From the NCBI GenBank assembly GCA_965215195.1, contig CBDCDC010000002.1, positions 1,696,001-1,760,000 on the forward strand: 64,000 nt of DNA, read 5' to 3'. A program made the position numbers and the translations under genes. Shown here piece by piece: positions 59,901 to 64,000 of this stretch. This DNA is from Candidatus Latescibacterota bacterium (GTDB lineage Bacteria > Latescibacterota > UBA2968 > UBA8231). The notes beneath the pieces are model-generated. The model was given only the letters and a program-made list of their open reading frames with translations, did no database searches and was not told where the DNA came from. The stretch's first letter is position 1; every line of letters starts with the position of its first letter.

Positions 59901-60147
59901 GCGCGAATTCGTCAACCGCGTCCAGAACATGCGCAAAGACGCCGGCTTAGCTGTCGCCGACCGCATCCGCGTCTGGGTGCGAGGTGCGGCCGCTTTGGAG
60001 GAAGCGGTGCAGCAGCACGGCCCGTACATCGCCGCTGAGACTCTAGCGCTGGCCCTCCACACCGGGGAACTGCCCCCAGAGGTGCTCTTGCGGCAGGAGC
60101 GACAGGTCAACGGCCATACCGGCACCATTGCCATTGCCAGAGCCTAG
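56986..60147 (+). CDS. ileS: Isoleucine-tRNA ligase (IleRS2 type)
   Basis: DGPPFATGLPHYGH, GWDCHGLP, WTTTPWTL, DQTRGWFY, KLSKR; ATGA overlap with yggT. Confidence 0.97.
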   Translation: MNMTPQTPFAPVPSQVDFPAQERCILEFWRTGDLYRKSVDARSVERPFRFYDGPPFATGLPHYGHLLASITKDVVPRYWTMRGFRVERRWGWDCHGLPVENEAEQQLGLRSRRDILAYGVAQFNEACRDLVLRYTAEWQRLIERLGRWVDWDNQYRTMDPDFMESVWWVFKSLWDKGLVYEGYKSLAYCPRCATPLSNFEVNQGYQDTQDPSITVRFRVVGQPRLSLLAWTTTPWTLPANMGLAVGRDIDYVRVTTRDGEQLILAASLVESLFLRRDSEIAEVAPVAVEDLVGLRYEPLFSYFADHAEEGAFRVVTADFVSTDDGTGIVHIAPGFGEDDYQLGLAEGLPVVCPIDADCCFTDELPDFAGTFVKDADTPIIRRLRTSGQLFSEGSIEHAYPFCWRCDSPLIYRTISTWFVKIEGEVKEKMLAANQQIWWIPEHIRNGRFGKGVESAPDWAVSRNRYWGTPLPIWRNEETGEAVCVGSREELCELAGRDIDDLHKHFIDDFEIPAPSGNGSLRRVPEVLDCWFESGSMPYAQSHYPFGQREDFAASFPADFISENLDQTRGWFYTLTILAAALFDKPAFHNCIVGGMLLAADGRKLSKRLKNYPDPAEMLDTYGADALRLYLLNSPAMKAEEMRLTQEGIKQSLRDVIIPLWNAYSFFVTYATIDGWRPDAGRAQTLNHRLDRWILSELQTLLRELNAEMEAYRLYRTVPAMVAFIEKLTNWYIRRSRRRFWKSEDDQDKEAAYDTLYRVLVTFIKALAPVLPFITEIIYQNLVRRVDAEAPESVHLCDMPQADEHLRDTALEQQMDLATRAVVLGRSLRSKHQLKVRQPLRHLWLLPPNGHTHHGLAQMTDLLADELNVKEVVLVEDETEFSEVSYRPDFRALGPRFGKRMPEVAARIQALTSAEVHLLESGGQLSVAGGAIGLADIAVQRREKEGVVAALDNNLGVGLDIQLDDELIAECTAREFVNRVQNMRKDAGLAVADRIRVWVRGAAALEEAVQQHGPYIAAETLALALHTGELPPEVLLRQERQVNGHTGTIAIARA

Positions 60148-60182
60148 TACAAACGGACGACGCGAAGAGAGGCAAAAATCGA

Positions 60183-60587
60183 ATGCAAGACAAACCCAAA
60201 CAGATGGACCAGGAACACCTCGATTTTTTTAAGAAATTGCTCCTCAAAAAAATCGCCCAGACCTCGGACGACGTCGAAGCTATCGAAAACACCGCGCGCA
60301 ACGACGCCCGGGAAATGGCCTCCGAGGACCGCTCAACCTACTCGCTGCACATGGCCGACCACGGAACCGACGCTATGGAGCGAGAGAAATCCCTGCTCCT
60401 CGCCCAGCGCGGGGGCGCTTACATCGACTACTTAAACGAGGCCCTGCAACGCATTGAGGACGGCACCTTTGGCATCTGCCGCACCTGCAAGGGGCCAATC
60501 GGCCGCGGCCGCCTAGAGGCCGTACCCACCGCCACCCAGTGCATTAGCTGCAAATCCAAGCGCGAGGAGGCGTCGGACTTAGAGTGA
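60183..60587 (+). CDS. DksA/TraR C4 zinc-finger protein
   Basis: HMADHGTD, ALQRIEDGTFGICRTC..RLEAVP..CISC. Confidence 0.9.
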   Translation: MQDKPKQMDQEHLDFFKKLLLKKIAQTSDDVEAIENTARNDAREMASEDRSTYSLHMADHGTDAMEREKSLLLAQRGGAYIDYLNEALQRIEDGTFGICRTCKGPIGRGRLEAVPTATQCISCKSKREEASDLE

Positions 60588-61048
60588 CCTTCCTGTGGAT
60601 CATACCGCTGGCCGTGGCCATCGATCAAGCTAGCAAACTCATCGTCCGCGGCGCCATGGCCCTGTACCAGTCCGAGCCTGTGCTGGGCGACTTTTTCCGC
60701 CTGACCTACATCCACAACCCGGGCGCGGCCTTCGGCCTGAACGTGGGCAGCCCGCTGCTGCACACCGTCTTCTCGATCCTCGCACTCGGCATCCTCGTGT
60801 ACCTCTATCGCTCGCTCGCGGCAAACGAGCGGCTCTTGCGCTTAGCCCTCTGCCTAGTACTAGGCGGTGCCGTGGGCAACATCATCGACCGTCTGTACTT
60901 GGGGGAAGTGGTGGATTTTTTCGACTTCGGCTTCGGGAATTTGCGCTGGCCGATCTTCAACTTTGCCGATTCGTTCGTCACCGTCGGCGTATTGCTCTTG
61001 GTCTTGGGCTACTCGCGCCGCGAAAAAGCCCCGGCCGCCCCCGACTAA
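60584..61048 (+). CDS. lspA: Lipoprotein signal peptidase
   Basis: DQASK, NPGAAFG, GAVGNIIDR, VVDF, FNFAD. Confidence 0.95.
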   Translation: MTFLWIIPLAVAIDQASKLIVRGAMALYQSEPVLGDFFRLTYIHNPGAAFGLNVGSPLLHTVFSILALGILVYLYRSLAANERLLRLALCLVLGGAVGNIIDRLYLGEVVDFFDFGFGNLRWPIFNFADSFVTVGVLLLVLGYSRREKAPAAPD

Positions 61049-61052
61049 TGCC

Positions 61053-62030
61053 ATGCACCTCGCCGTTGCCGCCGCGGCCCCCGAGCGGCTCGATCTCTTT
61101 CTGCGCCACCGCTGTCCCCAGCTTTCGCGCAACCGCATCCAAGCGCTGATCAAGTCCGGGGCGATTCGCGTCAATGGTGTGCAGACGCGCCCGGCGTACT
61201 TGGTCCAGCCCGGGGACGAGATCGCCATCGAGCTGCCCGTGCCCGCGCCGACAGCCGCGCACCCCGAGCCGCTACCCCTATCCATCGCGTACGAAGACGA
61301 CGACCTGCTAGTCGTGAACAAGGCGGCCGGCATGACCGTGCATCCGGCTCCGGGCGCGACCGAGGGAACCCTCGTCAACGCGCTGTTGCACTACTGCCGC
61401 GATCTGTCGGGCATCAACGGCGCACTCCGACCGGGGATCGTCCACCGGCTCGACAAGGAAACCAGCGGCTTGCTGCTAGTAGCCAAGCGCGACGCCATCC
61501 ATCGGACGCTGGCCGCAAAATTCCAAGCGCACCAGATCGAACGCCGCTACGTATCCTTGGTGTGGGGCGTCTTGCGCGGGCAAGGCGGGCGGATCGAAGC
61601 ACCGATCGGGCGCCATCCCAAAAACCGCAAGAAGATGGCCGCAGTCGAGGGCGGGCGGGATGCGGCGACCAATTTCAGCGTCGTCGAGCACTGTCCTTTT
61701 ACAACCGTGGTCGAATGCCAGCTAGAAACCGGACGCACACACCAGATTCGCGTACATCTGGCCCATATCGGCCATCCGGTCTTCGGCGACCGAGTGTACG
61801 GAGGCCGCGACCAAGCGCGGGGCATCCGCCCGGAATACCAGCGTCAAGCCAAGTGGATGCTAACCCTGATCAAACGCCAAGCCCTGCACGCAAAGGAGTT
61901 GCGCTTTGCGCATCCGACCACCGGAGAGACGATGGAGTTTACCGCGCCGCTGCCAGAGGATTTGCGGGCCGTATTAAAGGCAGCGCGGATGGAGGTCGCG
62001 GCCGAAGCGAATAGTACGCGACGACTATAG
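61053..62030 (+). CDS. rluD: RluA-family pseudouridine synthase (RluD-like)
   Basis: S4 domain RLDLFL, VNKAAG..HP, HRLDKETSG, TGRTHQIRVH, RQALHA. Confidence 0.93.
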   Translation: MHLAVAAAAPERLDLFLRHRCPQLSRNRIQALIKSGAIRVNGVQTRPAYLVQPGDEIAIELPVPAPTAAHPEPLPLSIAYEDDDLLVVNKAAGMTVHPAPGATEGTLVNALLHYCRDLSGINGALRPGIVHRLDKETSGLLLVAKRDAIHRTLAAKFQAHQIERRYVSLVWGVLRGQGGRIEAPIGRHPKNRKKMAAVEGGRDAATNFSVVEHCPFTTVVECQLETGRTHQIRVHLAHIGHPVFGDRVYGGRDQARGIRPEYQRQAKWMLTLIKRQALHAKELRFAHPTTGETMEFTAPLPEDLRAVLKAARMEVAAEANSTRRL

Positions 62031-62053
62031 ACAACCGACGAGGAGGACGACCT

Positions 62054-62227
62054 GTGGACTTTCGGGTCAATGACGACGAGATGCTCGCCCTTATCGCACG
62101 GGGATACCATACCTTCCACCCCTCAATCGACGCGGAGATACACCGAGCGGTTTGTGCGCAGACCCGCACCGCCTTTGTCCAAGGCAAAAATCCCGGCAAC
62201 GCCATCTACGAACTCGGATTGAACTAA
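62054..62227 (+). pseudogene. Short ORF, possible N-terminal fragment of a phytanoyl-CoA dioxygenase-like gene
   Basis: AGGAGG RBS; 57 aa including NDDEMLALIARGY..NPGNAIYEL; family assignment from recollection only. Confidence 0.4.
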
Positions 62228-62254
62228 AAGGAAAAAGCCATGCATGAGCTAGAA

Positions 62255-62286
62255 ATCGCAGGCGTTCACAGCAGCGGTGTCGAGGC
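62255..62286 (+). repeat. Direct repeat, copy 1 (at least 32 bp)
   Basis: ATCGCAGGCGTTCACAGCAGCGGTGTCGAGGC, identical to 63969-64000. Confidence 0.92.
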
Positions 62287-62344
62287 CGTTGCGAGCACTT
62301 CGCTGGCCCATTTACTCCCCCGCCCCGATAAAGAAAAAGCAAAG

Positions 62345-62827
62345 CTAGCCGAACAGTTTTAAGGCCCCGATTAGGCCCCACGTCGCTACGTGCAGGGCAA
62401 TGACCCACCGCAAGAGCTCTTTGCGCGTGCCGTCAATGGCTTGACGGTTGGCGTCAATTTTCGTTTCCAGCTCTTTGCGCGCACCGTCAATGGCTTGGCG
62501 GTTAGCGTCGATCTTCGTTTCCAGCGACTCCTGCGTCGCATCGATCTTCGTTTCCAGCTCTTTGCGCGTACCGTCAATCGCTTGACGGTTGGCGTCGATC
62601 CTCGTTTCCAGCTCTTTGCGCGTGCCGTCAATGGCTTGGCGGTTAGCGTCGATCTTCGTTTCCAGCTCTTTGCGCGTACCGTCAATAGCTTGGCGGTTAG
62701 CGTCGATCTTCGTTTCAATGCGGCCCAGCCGCACGTCGATTTGCTCGACAATGCCCTCTAACCGGGCGATGCGCCCCTCGTGGTCTAACGGATACGGACG
62801 CTCTGGCGGCGGATGGAACTCACTCAC
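62345..62827 (-). CDS. Tandem-repeat coiled-coil protein with C-terminal TM anchor (Bdr/DUF1640-like)
   Basis: AGGAGG RBS before GTG 62827; ETKIDANRQAIDGTRKEL repeats; hydrophobic tail. Confidence 0.8.
   Translation of the reverse strand: MSEFHPPPERPYPLDHEGRIARLEGIVEQIDVRLGRIETKIDANRQAIDGTRKELETKIDANRQAIDGTRKELETRIDANRQAIDGTRKELETKIDATQESLETKIDANRQAIDGARKELETKIDANRQAIDGTRKELLRWVIALHVATWGLIGALKLFG
62414..62716 (-). repeat. In-frame tandem array: 5 x 54 bp plus one 33-bp variant unit
   Basis: 303 bp; near-identical 18-codon units interrupted by an 11-codon unit (ETKIDATQESL). Confidence 0.93.
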
Positions 62828-63079
62828 GATCCGACCTCCTGTTTGGTAAAGCGTGAACAGCGCGAACCCCCCCACCGGATATTTGCAAAATCCATGCCAC
62901 GGCGGCCGGGCAGTGGGGAAGACGGGGCCGTGCGGGTCAGACTGTATCGGGCACAACCCATCCATGACACCTTTAGGGAGCACCCCAAAAAGGGTAATGC
63001 GTCAGGTTGAAAATTTCAATCCCTTGGTAAAGAGACAAAACATCCAAAAAAAATAGGCTCCTTACGCCGCCTGTCGGAA

Positions 63080-63125
63080 TTGACGCGGTGCAAGCATGAC
63101 AGCAGATTCATAATGTCATGCCTGC
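63080..63125 (+). promoter_or_regulatory. vapBC promoter and palindromic operator
   Basis: TTGACG at 63080; inverted repeat GCAAGCATGACA (63090-63101) / TGTCATGCCTGC (63114-63125), 11/12, overlapping the ATG. Confidence 0.65.
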
Positions 63126-63363
63126 TACTCAGATTACTCTTCGCAATGTCGATCCCGAACTCTCGCGGCGGCTTCGCGCTGTCAGCGCGGAACGCGGCGA
63201 GAGCCTGAATAGCACCGTGTTGCGCCTCCTGAAAGACGCGGTCGGCTTGGATGCGCGTCGCGACCGCCTGCGCCGATACGTCACATGGACGGCCGACGAC
63301 TTCTCGGAGTTTACCGACGCGCTACGGGCGCAGCGAGTCGTCGATGAACGGTACTGGCAGTGA
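63118..63363 (+). CDS. Antitoxin, FitA-like ribbon-helix-helix (VapB)
   Basis: QITLRNVD..L..RL..GESLN; GTGA-coupled to the PIN toxin. Confidence 0.85.
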   Translation: MPATQITLRNVDPELSRRLRAVSAERGESLNSTVLRLLKDAVGLDARRDRLRRYVTWTADDFSEFTDALRAQRVVDERYWQ

Positions 63364-63770
63364 ACTCGACCGATCGACTTGTCCTCGATACCAGTGCGTA
63401 CTCACACCTGCGTACCGGACATCCTCAAGTGATTGACTATGTGGCGGACGCACCAGTAGTCGTCATGCCGGTTACGGTACTCGGAGAGATCGAAGCGGGA
63501 TTTGAGTTGGGGAGCCGCGTACAGGAGAATCGACGCGCCCTCGCCGAATTCCTCAATGAGCCATTTGTCAGCGTGTTGGACAGCACTTCCGAAACCGTTC
63601 GGCACTATGCCCGAATCTTCGTGGCGTTGCGTCGAGCCGGCACACCAATCCCTATGAACGATGTGTGGATTGCAGCAGCGACGATGGAATGCCGTGGATG
63701 CCTGTTGACCTTCGATAGCGACTATCGCCACGTCGCAGAACTCGACTACACGTTGCTCGACGCGCCTTGA
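63360..63770 (+). CDS. vapC: VapC PIN-domain toxin
   Basis: LVLDTSAYS, VLGEIEAG, GTPIPMNDVWIAA, LLTFDSDY. Confidence 0.92.
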   Translation: MNSTDRLVLDTSAYSHLRTGHPQVIDYVADAPVVVMPVTVLGEIEAGFELGSRVQENRRALAEFLNEPFVSVLDSTSETVRHYARIFVALRRAGTPIPMNDVWIAAATMECRGCLLTFDSDYRHVAELDYTLLDAP

Positions 63771-64000
63771 CCGCCGTTGTTTAAAGCAGCGACCCCTTTT
63801 CTTTTTTTAGCGCATCTCGCGACCCACTATGTCGGCTACCTGCCACCGCGGGCAGCCTACGCCCGCGGCGGACACGAAGCCAATGCAGACGTTACCTACT
63901 GGGCCAAAGTCGCCCCCGGCAGCCTCGAAACGGTAGTCGAACAGGCGCGGACGCTGGTACAAGAGCTGATCGCAGGCGTTCACAGCAGCGGTGTCGAGGC
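63771..64000 (+). pseudogene. C-terminal gene fragment (ceramidase-like hydrolase family tail)
   Basis: Open frame AHLATHYVGYLPPRAAYARGGHE..AKVAPGSLETVV..VQEL with no convincing start. Confidence 0.4.
63969..64000 (+). repeat. Direct repeat, copy 2 (runs off the window end)
   Basis: Identical to 62255-62286. Confidence 0.92.

Noticed and set aside
62414-62716. Possible CRISPR array
   Set aside because: Units are contiguous with no unique spacers, are multiples of 3 inside an ORF, and no cas genes are present.
62860-62960. Cobalamin riboswitch-like words (GCCACGG..GGGAAG..GTCAGA)
   Set aside because: Core stems and B12 box are not convincing, and no B12-related gene lies downstream.

Overview
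GC-rich bacterial chromosomal segment, most consistent with an FCB-group organism such as Latescibacterota or Gemmatimonadota (inferred from PorU/PorV type IX secretion genes, IleRS2 and CdaA). It is mostly housekeeping: ppdK-parAB, larB-mobA, cyoE, argRBDH plus two tandem enolase-superfamily paralogs, tilS-ftsH-folP-cdaA, lexA, era-purD-folBK-panC, rpmB, a polyprenyl synthase, apbE, secDF, yggS-yggT-ileS, a DksA-family gene, lspA and rluD. A 16.7-kb minus-strand T9SS-associated locus spans 30.5-47.3 kb. Four small accessory insertions stand out. (1) An IS982-derived miniature element at 7676-7973. (2) A restriction-modification/VapBC-remnant islet bracketed by a duplicated purD 5' end at 24.2-27.1 kb. 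(3) A three-gene cassette (small nuclease-like ORF plus two DNA methyltransferases) inside the T9SS locus at 33.7-36.4 kb. (4) A direct-repeat-flanked islet with a Bdr-like tandem-repeat gene and vapBC at 62.3-64 kb. Other notable signals: a PorU with Ser at the expected catalytic Cys, a duplicated leader plus signal-peptide cassette, and strong CCWGG depletion with CCAAG/CTTGG excess. No rRNA, tRNA or CRISPR array was seen. All calls come from motif recognition by eye; no database searches were run.
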